Positions 10,286 to 20,079 of a stretch of 64,000 nt of DNA are shown piece after piece (the first letter of the stretch is position 1; each line of letters opens with the position of its first letter). The notes below the pieces were generated by a model, which was not told where the DNA came from, did not search any database, and saw only the letters and a program-made list of their open reading frames with translations. The translations under genes and the position numbers were made by a program. The DNA comes from an uncultured Christensenellaceae bacterium (lineage in GTDB: Bacteria; Bacillota; Clostridia; Christensenellales; Borkfalkiaceae), in the NCBI GenBank assembly GCA_910588645.1, contig CAJUOY010000008.1, forward strand, positions 8,946 through 72,945. The letters run 5' to 3'.

Positions 10286-11383
10286 TTATTCTTCCGTCTC
10301 GTCCTCTTCCGAAAGCTCTTCAACTCCGATACCGAGTTTTGCGGCAGCGGACTGGCTTTTAACGTCGATCTTCCAACCGGTAAGTCTTACGGCAAGTCTA
10401 GCGTTCTGACCGTCTTTACCGATAGCAAGCGATAACTTGTCGTCGGGGACTACCGCCATAGCCGTCTTTTCACCGTCAAGCTGAGTAACCGAAATGACCT
10501 TAGCGGGAGAAAGAGCCTTAGCTATAAATTCCAAGGGATTTTCACTCCAAGGAATAATATCTATCTTTTCCCCTTTAAGCTCTTCAACAATGGCGTTAAC
10601 TCTCGCGCCCTTGTTACCTACGCAAGCGCCTATAGCATCCACGCGCTCGTCTTCGGAATAAATTGCTATTTTAGTTCTTGCACCGGCTTCGCGGCTTATT
10701 TCCTTGATCTGAACAGTGCCTTGTTTGATTTCGGGAACTTCTTCTTCAAAAAGTTTTTTAACAAGTCCGGGTGCTGCACGCGAAACAAGAACCTGCGCGC
10801 TGCGATATCCGCTCTTTACGCGCTTTACGAAAACTTTTATTCTGTCGTTTATATTATAAGTCTCACCGGGAACCTGGTCCGAAGGCATCATCAATCCATC
10901 AACCTGTCCCTTACCGATTTCGATATAAACATTTTTAGCGTCGATCTTCCTGATAATACCGACGATAAGCTCGCCCTCCTTATCGGAAAATTCGTCCATT
11001 GCCCTGTCGCGCTCGGTTTCGCGAAGCTTTTGCAGTATTACCTGCTTAGCCGTTTGCGCGGCAATTCGGCTGAAATCTTTGGGAACAATTTTTTCACTGA
11101 CCTTATCGCCCAATTTATAGCTCTTTTTTATTTCGCGGGCGGCTTCGAGTGAAATTTCGTTTTCAAAATCGGCAACTTCCTCTACTACCGTTTTTACGGA
11201 ATAAAAATCAATACTCTCTTTATCTTCGTTAATTTTAATCTCTACGGTTCCGACCAAACCCGCATATTGCTTTTTGCAAGCGGAAATAAGCGCATTTTCG
11301 AGCGCTTCTATAAAAATCTGTTTGGATATGCCCTTTTCCTTTTCCAAATCTTTAAGAGCTGCAAAGAAATTTTTATTAATCAT
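10286..11383 (-). CDS. nusA: Transcription termination/antitermination factor NusA
   Basis: 365 aa. S1 domain plus KH domains (AVGACVGNKGARV, LAIGKDGQNARLA). Confidence 0.95.
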   Translation of the reverse strand: MINKNFFAALKDLEKEKGISKQIFIEALENALISACKKQYAGLVGTVEIKINEDKESIDFYSVKTVVEEVADFENEISLEAAREIKKSYKLGDKVSEKIVPKDFSRIAAQTAKQVILQKLRETERDRAMDEFSDKEGELIVGIIRKIDAKNVYIEIGKGQVDGLMMPSDQVPGETYNINDRIKVFVKRVKSGYRSAQVLVSRAAPGLVKKLFEEEVPEIKQGTVQIKEISREAGARTKIAIYSEDERVDAIGACVGNKGARVNAIVEELKGEKIDIIPWSENPLEFIAKALSPAKVISVTQLDGEKTAMAVVPDDKLSLAIGKDGQNARLAVRLTGWKIDVKSQSAAAKLGIGVEELSEEDETEE

Positions 11384-11405
11384 TTTATTACTCCCGATTT
11401 AATTT

Positions 11406-11864
11406 TCAGTCAAATTTAATTGCCTTGTTTATTTTTGCTATTTTTGTACGGTTGATTTTTATTTCTTCCTTTGAAGTTTTTATTGTAACCGTATTATCGT
11501 CAAATTCAGTCAAAACGCCGTCTATCATCTTTTTACCTTTGAGCGGCGCGAATAACTTTATTTCCACTTCCTTTTGGAGATTTCTCTCAAAGTCGCGCAC
11601 GGTTTTGAAAGGACGGTCGAGTCCTGGACTCGATACGTTCAAAGTATAGGGCTTATCGTAAGTAGGATCGAATATGTCGATAGGCTCCATAACCGCGTTA
11701 TGAAACTTTTCGCACGTATCCAAATCGACTCCGCTTTCCGTTTCGATAAATACTGTGAGCGAAGTGCTTTTATCGTTCCACTCGACGCCTACCACCTCTA
11801 TACCCATAGGCGATGCTATATTTTCAAAGAACTGCTGTATTTCGTTTATAGGTTTTATCTGCAT
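11406..11864 (-). CDS. rimP: Ribosome maturation factor RimP
   Basis: RimP-like protein (LxVSSPGLDRPF motif) directly upstream of nusA. Start trimmed to ATG 11864 (MQIKPINE), because the ORF-track extension runs through a leader hairpin. Confidence 0.85.
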   Translation of the reverse strand: MQIKPINEIQQFFENIASPMGIEVVGVEWNDKSTSLTVFIETESGVDLDTCEKFHNAVMEPIDIFDPTYDKPYTLNVSSPGLDRPFKTVRDFERNLQKEVEIKLFAPLKGKKMIDGVLTEFDDNTVTIKTSKEEIKINRTKIAKINKAIKFD

Positions 11865-11886
11865 AATTTTCTCTTTAAAATAACTA

Positions 11887-11910
11887 TTGAGTGCCCCGCA
11901 AGGCACTCAA
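11887..11910 (-). promoter_or_regulatory. Leader hairpin plus U-rich tract in the rimP-nusA 5' UTR (candidate attenuator)
   Basis: Minus strand reads ttgagtgcc-ttgcgg-ggcactcaa followed by tagttatttt. It lies between the predicted promoter and the rimP start. Confidence 0.35.
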
Positions 11911-11938
11911 TCTTAACATAACTATTAAGGTTACATTG

Positions 11939-11967
11939 ATTATAGCATACAGGGTACAAAATTGCAA
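11939..11967 (-). promoter_or_regulatory. Sigma-A-type promoter for the rimP-nusA-infB operon
   Basis: Minus strand reads TTGCAA, a 17-nt spacer, then TATAAT (counted base by base). Located 38 nt after the upstream gene's stop. Confidence 0.4.
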
Positions 11968-12004
11968 GCGATTATTGAAAAAATCTTGGCGAAAAATATC
12001 CTTT

Positions 12005-13537
12005 TCAGTACTTTGGCAAAGATTTTTTAATCCTGATAAGTTCTATAAATATTTTTGCCGTAGCCAAAGCGTCGTCTATTGCTCTGTGATGATTGAAAGT
12101 AACGTTAAATTTATCCGCTACGGTATTCAACTTATAATTCGATAAAAACAATAATTCTTGCGAAAGCGGATATGTATCTATTATCTTCCTTTCGAACATA
12201 TACCCCAATACAGAACAATAGTAATCCACAAATTTAAAGTCGAAAGATGCCGCGTTATGTCCTACGAGTACGCAACCGTCGCAGAACTTAAAAAAGTCCG
12301 GCATAACGTCTTCATAAATCGGCGCATCTCTTACCATCTCGTCCGTTATACCCGTAAGCTTAACAATTTCGTCCGGCAACTGTCTTTGCGGGTTAATGAA
12401 AGTTGTAAAACTCTCCTTTATTTCACCGTTTTCGATTTTAAATGCGCCGATCTCGATTATCTTATCCATATTACCTGTAACAGGCGAAGAATTCAATCCC
12501 GTAGTTTCCAGATCGAAAACTACAAATTTTTCTTTTTTGAGGCATTCTGGAATGACTTTTATATTAAAAAGATCAGTCTGCTCCGTGTCGACAAAAGGTT
12601 GAGGATGAATATGTTTATATATCGCAGGCACAGGCTTCGAAATTCTCTTCTCAGGGATAAATCCTTGGGGATAGCTACCATAATCTATAGTCTTTGCAGT
12701 AAATCTGAGATTGCTGCGAAACTCCTCGTTTACACCCGTACATACTATACTGTCGCCAACTTTCAACGCCTTGATTTTTTCAATAGACTTCTGCCTTGTA
12801 AAATAAGTTATCATAGACGAAGCCGATTTATCGTTTATTACAAAGGAATAATAAGTTTTTTCCTCTCCCTTTTTGTTTGTATAACTGCGCTCTTTTATGT
12901 CCTCGATTATTCCGCATAACACGACCTCGTCTCTGACAAGATTTAAGTCGGCGAGATAAACTGCATAAGTTTGTATTTTTTCGCCCTCTAATGGGTTGAA
13001 ATCCACTATGGGAAATCTTCTTATGGGCATTTCGAACTCAATCTCATCGGGCTCGGTTTCCACCTCGATATCATCAATATCCTTATCGGAGAATATGAGT
13101 TCTCCAACAAATTCTCCGCAATAATTATTTTTCAAAAGCTTATCAATCTGTGAACACAAATCTACGGGGGCAAGCGATTTTAATACGGAAATCGTATAAT
13201 AGAAACCGTTTTCACGCTTTTCCACGCTTATATCATTTTGATCGAGCGTCGCAAGCACGGCTTTAGAACAAAAGCCAATGTATTCCAAGACTTTTCTTTT
13301 TATCATTTCGCAATCGGGCGAAAGTTTGGTAATTTCTATTTCAAGCGAAAAATACTCGGGAACATATTTTCGCAAAACTTTGAATGCCGTTTCTTTATCC
13401 TCAAGAGTAAAAGCTAAATCGGTAACAATATTTACCGATACCGATTTTTTTGCCCGATTAACCGTCAACGGACGAAATATTGCATTTCTGAAATTCGCGT
13501 TTGAAGAACGCAATTCCAATAATATATTATCTGTCAT
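12005..13537 (-). CDS. PolC-like N-terminal/OB/3'-5' exonuclease protein lacking PHP and polymerase domains
   Basis: 510 aa. DEDDh exonuclease motifs VVFDLETTGL, VGHNAASFDFKF and HHRAIDDALATAKIF closely resemble the PolC proofreading insert. An OB-like segment precedes them (CGIIEDIKERSYTNKKGEEKTYYSFVINDKSASSMITYF...VGDSIVCTG). It occupies the polC position upstream of rimP. Confidence 0.8.
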   Translation of the reverse strand: MTDNILLELRSSNANFRNAIFRPLTVNRAKKSVSVNIVTDLAFTLEDKETAFKVLRKYVPEYFSLEIEITKLSPDCEMIKRKVLEYIGFCSKAVLATLDQNDISVEKRENGFYYTISVLKSLAPVDLCSQIDKLLKNNYCGEFVGELIFSDKDIDDIEVETEPDEIEFEMPIRRFPIVDFNPLEGEKIQTYAVYLADLNLVRDEVVLCGIIEDIKERSYTNKKGEEKTYYSFVINDKSASSMITYFTRQKSIEKIKALKVGDSIVCTGVNEEFRSNLRFTAKTIDYGSYPQGFIPEKRISKPVPAIYKHIHPQPFVDTEQTDLFNIKVIPECLKKEKFVVFDLETTGLNSSPVTGNMDKIIEIGAFKIENGEIKESFTTFINPQRQLPDEIVKLTGITDEMVRDAPIYEDVMPDFFKFCDGCVLVGHNAASFDFKFVDYYCSVLGYMFERKIIDTYPLSQELLFLSNYKLNTVADKFNVTFNHHRAIDDALATAKIFIELIRIKKSLPKY

Positions 13538-14582
13538 TTAACAAAACGTTTATCTCTTTGATAAACTCCGCCTCGGCCTCATTTGAAGCTATTTTTTTAA
13601 TAATTTCACCATTTTTGAAAATTATGCAATAATTCTCTGTTCCCGCAATACCTATATCGCAATCCTTTGCTTCACCCGGGCCGTTAACAACACAACCCAT
13701 TACCGCAATTTTCAAGGGCTTATTTACATTTTCCGTATACGCAGTGACTTTTTTTGCCAACTCCATAGAGTTCCAACGACATCTCCCGCAAGTGGGACAG
13801 GATATTACGTTTACGAATTTTTTATCCAAACCTACGGCACGCAAAAGTCGCTTTGCGATTTTTACTTCCTTTACGGGATCGTCGGTCACGGAAATTCGCA
13901 AAGTATCGCCGATACCGTCGATCAACAGCGAACCGAGAGCCGCGCTTGATTTGACCACCGCCATTTCTTCCGTTCCCGCCTCGGTAACCCCAATGTGCAA
14001 AGGATAATTTGTACGCGCCGAAAGCAACCTATAAGCCCTGACAGTAAGCGGAGCGTCCGAAGCTTTTACTGAAATTACAATATCGTTTACCCCGAATTTT
14101 TCAAATGCGGAAACTTCGGCAAGCGCGCTTTCGACAAGTGCAAATTCGTTTCTACCGAATTTATTTAAAAATTCTTTTTCAATACTGCCTGTGTTTGCGC
14201 CGACGCGCACGGGTATTTTGTGCATTTTAAGGCAGTCCGCCACCCTTTTTACTCCGCTCTCTCCGCCGATGTTACCAGGGTTAACCCTTACCTTATCGGC
14301 ACCGTTTTCAACGGCAAGACAAGCCAGTTCGGATGAAAAATGTATATCCGCAACAAGCGGAATAACAATCTTCGTCTTAATCTTTTTAATAGCCGCGGCA
14401 TCTTCTTTATCTAAAACGGAAACGCGGATTATGTCGCACCCCGCGGCTTCCAAAGCGGATATTTGAGCAACCGTTTTCTCCACGTCTGAAGTTTTGGTTG
14501 TACACATTGATTGGATTTTAACCTGCTCTCCGCCGCCTACGGGAACGCCGCCGATTAAAACTTTTTTTGTTGTTTCAGCCAT
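13527..14582 (-). CDS. ispG: 4-hydroxy-3-methylbut-2-enyl diphosphate synthase
   Basis: 351 aa. VQSMCTTKT, RVNPGNIG and CPTCGRC ... MGCVVNGPGE Fe-S motifs. Confidence 0.95.
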   Translation of the reverse strand: MAETTKKVLIGGVPVGGGEQVKIQSMCTTKTSDVEKTVAQISALEAAGCDIIRVSVLDKEDAAAIKKIKTKIVIPLVADIHFSSELACLAVENGADKVRVNPGNIGGESGVKRVADCLKMHKIPVRVGANTGSIEKEFLNKFGRNEFALVESALAEVSAFEKFGVNDIVISVKASDAPLTVRAYRLLSARTNYPLHIGVTEAGTEEMAVVKSSAALGSLLIDGIGDTLRISVTDDPVKEVKIAKRLLRAVGLDKKFVNVISCPTCGRCRWNSMELAKKVTAYTENVNKPLKIAVMGCVVNGPGEAKDCDIGIAGTENYCIIFKNGEIIKKIASNEAEAEFIKEINVLLNDR

Positions 14583-15043
14583 TACAGTTTTTTATTGTCC
14601 ATTAATCTTTGCAGTTCGTGCATAAAGCTTTCCACGTCCTTAAACGAGCGATATACGCTCGCATAGCGAACATACGCCACTTCATCGTGTTTTTTTAGCT
14701 CTTCCATTACCATTTCGCCTATTTCTTTGGAGGAGATTTCCTGCTCCAAGGAGTTATAGACCTTTTTGGTAACGGCTGTAACCATCTCGTCTATCGCCGT
14801 AAGCGAGACGGGACGTTTTTCGCACGCCTTAATTATGCCGTTCTTGATTTTGCGCGAATCGAACGCCTGGCGAAGTCCGCTTGTCTTAACTACAAGTACG
14901 GGAGTATCTTCTATTGTTTCGTACGTGGTGTATCTCTTTCCGCAGTTAGTGCACTCTCTACGACGCCTGATTGTCCTGCCTTCGTCGGCAGAACGGCTGT
15001 CAATTACTTTACTGTCTTCACACCCGCAAAATAAGCATTTCAT
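14582..15043 (-). CDS. nrdR: Transcriptional repressor NrdR
   Basis: 153 aa. MKCLFCG...VIDSR zinc ribbon with RRRRECxxCGKRYTTYE, plus an ATP-cone. Confidence 0.95.
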   Translation of the reverse strand: MKCLFCGCEDSKVIDSRSADEGRTIRRRRECTNCGKRYTTYETIEDTPVLVVKTSGLRQAFDSRKIKNGIIKACEKRPVSLTAIDEMVTAVTKKVYNSLEQEISSKEIGEMVMEELKKHDEVAYVRYASVYRSFKDVESFMHELQRLMDNKKL

Positions 15044-15064
15044 AATTTTACCTTCAACTGATCT

Positions 15065-18000
15065 TTATTTAAAATATTTGACTCCGCTTTCGAAAATTTT
15101 CATATCGAAGTTGCCGTCATAGTTCTTATACAGATTATCACCCATTCTTTCGCTGTGTCCCATTTTACCGAATACCCTGCCGTCGGGTGAGGTAATTCCC
15201 TCTATCGCCCAGGTACTGCCGTTAGGATTATAAGGCCCTGTCATGGTGGGCTTACCGTCAAGCCCGCAGTATTGCGTTGCTATCTGTCCGACCTTTCTCA
15301 TCTTTTCAAGTTCTTCTACGGGAGAGACTATCTTGCCTTCACCGTGGGAAACGGGCACGGAATAGACTTCTCCAACTTTGCAACCCGAAAGCCAAGGACT
15401 GAGCGTCGAAGCCACGCGGATATTTACCATTGTAGAAACGTGACGCGTTATATTATTGAACGTAAGCGTAGGCGCACCGCTTACCAGAGGTCTCACCTCT
15501 CCGTAAGGCACAAGCCCAAGCTTTATAAGCGCCTGGAAACCGTTGCAAATACCTATGGCAAGACCGTCTCTATTATTCAAAAGTTCCATAATCCTTTCAG
15601 ACACGGCGGGGTTCATAAAAGTCGTCGCAATAAATTTGCCCGAACCGTCGGGTTCGTCTCCACCCGAAAAGCCGCCTGGGAAAGCAATAATATTAGCCCT
15701 GTCCACCGCTTTAATAATTGCCTGAACGCTCTCCTCGATGTCTGAAGCCGTAAGATTTTTTATTACGAGAATTTCCGTTTCTGCGCCTGCGAGTCTGAAA
15801 GCTCTCGCAGTGTCGAGTTCACAATTCGTTCCGGGGAAAGCAGGAATGAACACTCGGGGTTTAGCCGTTTTTACGGCGATAGAAGAATATCTTCCTTTGC
15901 CTTTATAATCGCAATCTGGAATAATTCCTTCCTGTAAAGCCGTAGTCGGGAAAACTCCCTCCAATTTATCGGTGAATGCCGAAACGGCTCTATCGGATAC
16001 GATTTTTTCGTTGCCGAGTTTAAAACCGTTTGCAACTGTTTTTCCGAGATAGAAGTGTTCGACGCCGATAATATCCGCTTCGTTTTCAACGGAAACTATT
16101 ATATCGCCGTATCCCTCTTTGAAAAGCGTATCAAAATCGCATTCGAATTCAAAGCCCAAGCCGTTGCCGAAACATGACTTTGCTACGGCCGCCGCCGCGC
16201 CGCCCTTTTCGCAGACAGTCGCAAATATAATTTTACCGTTCTTAATTCCCGCATTTACAAGCGAATATAACTTTTTAAGTGCTTCAAAATCGGGAATTTC
16301 ATTTTCATCCTTAGGAACGGGCAGTGAATATAATTTCTGCCCATCGTTTTTAAGAACGTTAGTTATAAGTTTGCTTGCCTTTGCGGGAGCAAGCGCAAAA
16401 GATATCAAAGTGGGCGGCACGTCGATATTTTCAAAAGTTCCGCTCATAGAATCTTTGCCGCCGATCGCGCCCAAGCCCAGGTTAATCTGCGCATATAACG
16501 CGCCCAAAAGAGCGGACAGCGGAACGCCCCATCTCTTCTTATCGTCGCGAAGACGCATAAAGAATTCTTGCAAAGTCAAACGAACGTCTTCATACGCTGC
16601 TCCGCTTGCAACTACTTTGGATACGGAAGCTACTATCGAATATATCGCACCTGTAAAAGGCGATGACGACATAAGTTCGGGATTGTAACCGTATGCGGAT
16701 ACGGTACAATCGTCAGTTTCGCCGCCCGTCAATTTCGCCGCCATAGCGATTACAGGGGTAAGCTGATACTTTCCTCCGAAAGGCATATATATTGACTTAG
16801 CGCCTATTGTGCTGTCAAATGTTTCCGCAAGTCCTTTTTTGGAGCAGACGTTAAGCTGAGATAAAACCTCTGCAAATTTTTCTTCAAACGAGCATTTTGC
16901 TGGAGCATCAAAGAAACCGGTAACGCTTTCGTTGATCTCCGCGTCGGCAACCTGTTTTACGCCGTTGGTATCCAGAAAATCGCGGGAAATATCCACTATA
17001 GCTTTTCCGCGATGATACATCTTCATTCTTCTGTCATCGGTAACCGTTGCGACAGCCGTTGCTGTAAGATTTTCTTCGGCCGCAAGCGCCGCAAACTTTT
17101 CTACGTTTTCAGCGGCAACGACTACAGCCATTCTCTCCTGAGATTCCGATATGGCAAGTTCTGTTCCCGACAGCCCCTCGTACTTTTTAGGCACTTTATC
17201 CAGTTCGATGATCAGTCCGTCGGCCAGTTCTCCTATTGCTACCGAAACTCCGCCAGCGCCGAAGTCGTTACACTTTTTGATCATCGTCGTTGCTTTTTTG
17301 TTGAGGAAAAGCCTTTGAAGTTTTCTCTCTGTAAGTGCGTTGCCCTTTTGAACTTCCGCGCCGCATGTCTGCACCGATTTTTTATCGTGAGCCTTAGATG
17401 AACCCGTTGCTCCACCGCAACCGTCGCGGCCCGTCTCTCCGCCTAAGAGAAGTATAACGTCGCCTTTTGCAGGTTTTTCACGATAAATCATATCCGAAGG
17501 CGCGCCGCCTACCACAAATCCCGTTTCAAGACGCTTGGCCTTATATCCGGGATGATAGACTTCGTCTACCTGTCCCGTTGCCAATCCTATTTGATTGCCG
17601 TAAGAAGAAAATCCTGCAGCCGCCGTCTTTGTTATTACTCTTTGAGGGAGTTTACCGGGAAGAGTATTTTCGATAGGTTCGGTAGGATCTGCGCAACCTG
17701 TAACGCGCATAGACTGCAACACATAAGTTCTGCCGGAAAGCGGATCACGAATTGCGCCGCCAAGGCAGGTGGCCGCTCCGCCGAAAGGCTCTATTTCCGT
17801 AGGGTGGTTATGCGTCTCGTTTTTAAACATAACCGTATACTTGCAGGGTTTACCGTCCAGCTCCGCATCGATTTTAATGGAGCAGGCGTTTATTTCATCC
17901 GACTCGTCGAGATTTGCCAGTTTGCCGTCCTTTTTAAGTTTTCTGACTGCAATCGTGGCAATGTCCATAAGACAGGGATATTTGTCTTTCCTGTCTTTAT

Positions 18001-18772
18001 ATAGTTCGTCGAACAAATTTTTATACAGATCGTAAGCTCTTTTAATGTGTGAGTTGTTGCCGTTTATCTCGACCGACTTAATTTCTGTCGCAAAAGTCGT
18101 ATGACGGCAATGATCAGACCAATATGTATCTATAACTTTAATCTCGGTCTCGGTGGGATTGCGATTTTCGCTCTTGAAATAGGAACGCACGAAAATCAAG
18201 TCTTCAACCGACATAGCGAGCCCCATTTCTGAATGGTACGATTCAATCTGCTTATCGGAAAAATTTATAAAGTTTTCGACTTCCTTTACGTCGTCTGCCG
18301 CAACTGAAACGTGTACAAGCGAAACAGGTTTTTCCAAACCGATTTCTTCGCTTTCAACAGGGTTGATAAGGTGTCTCTTGATTTTTTCAAGCTGTTTTTC
18401 GTCCACTCCCGACACAGCGTAAAGATTGGCGCATTTGATTAAAGGACGTTCCTTTTGTGTGAGAAGCTGAACGCACTGCGCCGCGCTGTCGGCGCGCTGA
18501 TCGTACTGTCCCGTAAGATATGCCGTTGCAAACACTTTATAGTCGCTGCCGAATTCCACGGTCTCATAATAAACATTATCTACGGGAGGCTCGGAAAATA
18601 CGCACGGAACGGCCGAAGCAAATTCCTCTTCGCTGAGACCTTCTACGTCGTAACGGATAAGTTTACGCACGTCTTTTACATCTATTTTAAGAAGATTGCG
18701 AACGTCTTCCTTTACTTTCTTTGCCTGTAAATTATCTTTTTTTTCTACGAAAATTCTGTAAATCATACTCAA
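15065..18772 (-). CDS. purL: Phosphoribosylformylglycinamidine synthase, single-chain large type
   Basis: 1235 aa. Fuses PurS-like, PurL and C-terminal glutamine amidotransferase (GICNGFQ, HGEG) regions. The ORF-track start is a TTG overlapping the purD stop. An ATG at 18766 (MIYRIF) is an alternative start. Confidence 0.95.
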   Translation of the reverse strand: MSMIYRIFVEKKDNLQAKKVKEDVRNLLKIDVKDVRKLIRYDVEGLSEEEFASAVPCVFSEPPVDNVYYETVEFGSDYKVFATAYLTGQYDQRADSAAQCVQLLTQKERPLIKCANLYAVSGVDEKQLEKIKRHLINPVESEEIGLEKPVSLVHVSVAADDVKEVENFINFSDKQIESYHSEMGLAMSVEDLIFVRSYFKSENRNPTETEIKVIDTYWSDHCRHTTFATEIKSVEINGNNSHIKRAYDLYKNLFDELYKDRKDKYPCLMDIATIAVRKLKKDGKLANLDESDEINACSIKIDAELDGKPCKYTVMFKNETHNHPTEIEPFGGAATCLGGAIRDPLSGRTYVLQSMRVTGCADPTEPIENTLPGKLPQRVITKTAAAGFSSYGNQIGLATGQVDEVYHPGYKAKRLETGFVVGGAPSDMIYREKPAKGDVILLLGGETGRDGCGGATGSSKAHDKKSVQTCGAEVQKGNALTERKLQRLFLNKKATTMIKKCNDFGAGGVSVAIGELADGLIIELDKVPKKYEGLSGTELAISESQERMAVVVAAENVEKFAALAAEENLTATAVATVTDDRRMKMYHRGKAIVDISRDFLDTNGVKQVADAEINESVTGFFDAPAKCSFEEKFAEVLSQLNVCSKKGLAETFDSTIGAKSIYMPFGGKYQLTPVIAMAAKLTGGETDDCTVSAYGYNPELMSSSPFTGAIYSIVASVSKVVASGAAYEDVRLTLQEFFMRLRDDKKRWGVPLSALLGALYAQINLGLGAIGGKDSMSGTFENIDVPPTLISFALAPAKASKLITNVLKNDGQKLYSLPVPKDENEIPDFEALKKLYSLVNAGIKNGKIIFATVCEKGGAAAAVAKSCFGNGLGFEFECDFDTLFKEGYGDIIVSVENEADIIGVEHFYLGKTVANGFKLGNEKIVSDRAVSAFTDKLEGVFPTTALQEGIIPDCDYKGKGRYSSIAVKTAKPRVFIPAFPGTNCELDTARAFRLAGAETEILVIKNLTASDIEESVQAIIKAVDRANIIAFPGGFSGGDEPDGSGKFIATTFMNPAVSERIMELLNNRDGLAIGICNGFQALIKLGLVPYGEVRPLVSGAPTLTFNNITRHVSTMVNIRVASTLSPWLSGCKVGEVYSVPVSHGEGKIVSPVEELEKMRKVGQIATQYCGLDGKPTMTGPYNPNGSTWAIEGITSPDGRVFGKMGHSERMGDNLYKNYDGNFDMKIFESGVKYFK

Positions 18773-20049
18773 CCTTGTCTGTATTTTATGCCTATATCTT
18801 TTCTGAACTGAATATTATCCCAGTCGATGCTATCAACCGCTTTATATGCTTTAGCTCTCGCTTCGTCGATATTTTTACCCTTGGCTACAACGTCGAGAAC
18901 CCGTCCACCGTTTGTTACAAGTTTATCGTCTTTAACAGCTGTGCCCGCATGAATAAGCGTTACGTCGCCTACGTCGCCTATTTTTATTTCCTTGCCCTTA
19001 GCATATGCCAGGGGATATCCTCCACTTGCAAGCACCACGCATACGCACGCGCCGCTCTCCCATTCAATCTTTATATCGGATAACCTTTCATCGGTTACGG
19101 CCTCGAATATATCCAAAAGATCGGTCTTTAACATCGGTAAAACTACCTGTGTTTCGGGATCTCCGAAACGCGAATTATATTCGACCACCTTCATTCCCTT
19201 ATCCGTACGCATCAAGCCGAAATAGAGACACCCTTTAAACGTTCTACCCTCGGCATTCATCGCGTTCATTGTGGGGATCATAATTTTTTCAAGGACTTCC
19301 TTTTCAAGATCGGCCGTCCAGAACGGACAGGGAGAAAAGGTTCCCATACCGCCCGTATTCAAGCCTTTATCGTTATCTCCCGCTCTCTTATGATCGCAGG
19401 AAGTTATCATTGGAACTATTGTCTTCCCGTCAGTAAACGCCAAAACCGAAACTTCTTCGCCCGGATTGTACTTCAATCCGCGCATACATTCTTCGATTAC
19501 TATTACGTTTCCGGCATTGCCGAATGACTTATCGAGCATTATCTCTTTAAGCCCTTCCTCCGCCTGTTTAATATCCTCGCAAATTAATACGCCCTTACCA
19601 AGCGCAAGCCCATCGGCTTTTAATACAATGGGAGCGCTCTTTCTTCTGACATACTCCAACGCGTCGCCGTAATTATCGAAGGTTGCCGCTTCGGCCGTCG
19701 GTATATTGTACTTTTGCATAAGCTTTTTGGAAAAAGCTTTGCTCGCCTCGATTATCGCAGCATTCTTTCTCGGTCCGAAACAACGTTTACCTAAGCCCTC
19801 TAACTCGTCAACAAGGCCTATTGCCAAAGGATCGTCGGGAGTAACTACATAATAGTCGATTTCGGGATGTGCCAAAGCAAACGCTTTCACCGCTTCGACG
19901 TTCATATAATCAACGTCCACGTTTTCCGCAATTTGCGCCGTGCCTGCATTACCCTTCATACAATACAATTTTTCAACGCGAGCGCTCTTTTTTAGTGAAA
20001 GAAGTATCGCGTGTTCCCTTCCGCCGTTGCCGATAACTAAAACGTTCAT
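18769..20049 (-). CDS. purD: Phosphoribosylamine-glycine ligase
   Basis: 426 aa. MNVLVIGNGGREHA N-terminus and ATP-grasp core. Confidence 0.95.
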   Translation of the reverse strand: MNVLVIGNGGREHAILLSLKKSARVEKLYCMKGNAGTAQIAENVDVDYMNVEAVKAFALAHPEIDYYVVTPDDPLAIGLVDELEGLGKRCFGPRKNAAIIEASKAFSKKLMQKYNIPTAEAATFDNYGDALEYVRRKSAPIVLKADGLALGKGVLICEDIKQAEEGLKEIMLDKSFGNAGNVIVIEECMRGLKYNPGEEVSVLAFTDGKTIVPMITSCDHKRAGDNDKGLNTGGMGTFSPCPFWTADLEKEVLEKIMIPTMNAMNAEGRTFKGCLYFGLMRTDKGMKVVEYNSRFGDPETQVVLPMLKTDLLDIFEAVTDERLSDIKIEWESGACVCVVLASGGYPLAYAKGKEIKIGDVGDVTLIHAGTAVKDDKLVTNGGRVLDVVAKGKNIDEARAKAYKAVDSIDWDNIQFRKDIGIKYRQG

Positions 20050-20079
20050 AATATTTTATCCTCGATAAAGCGCAATATA

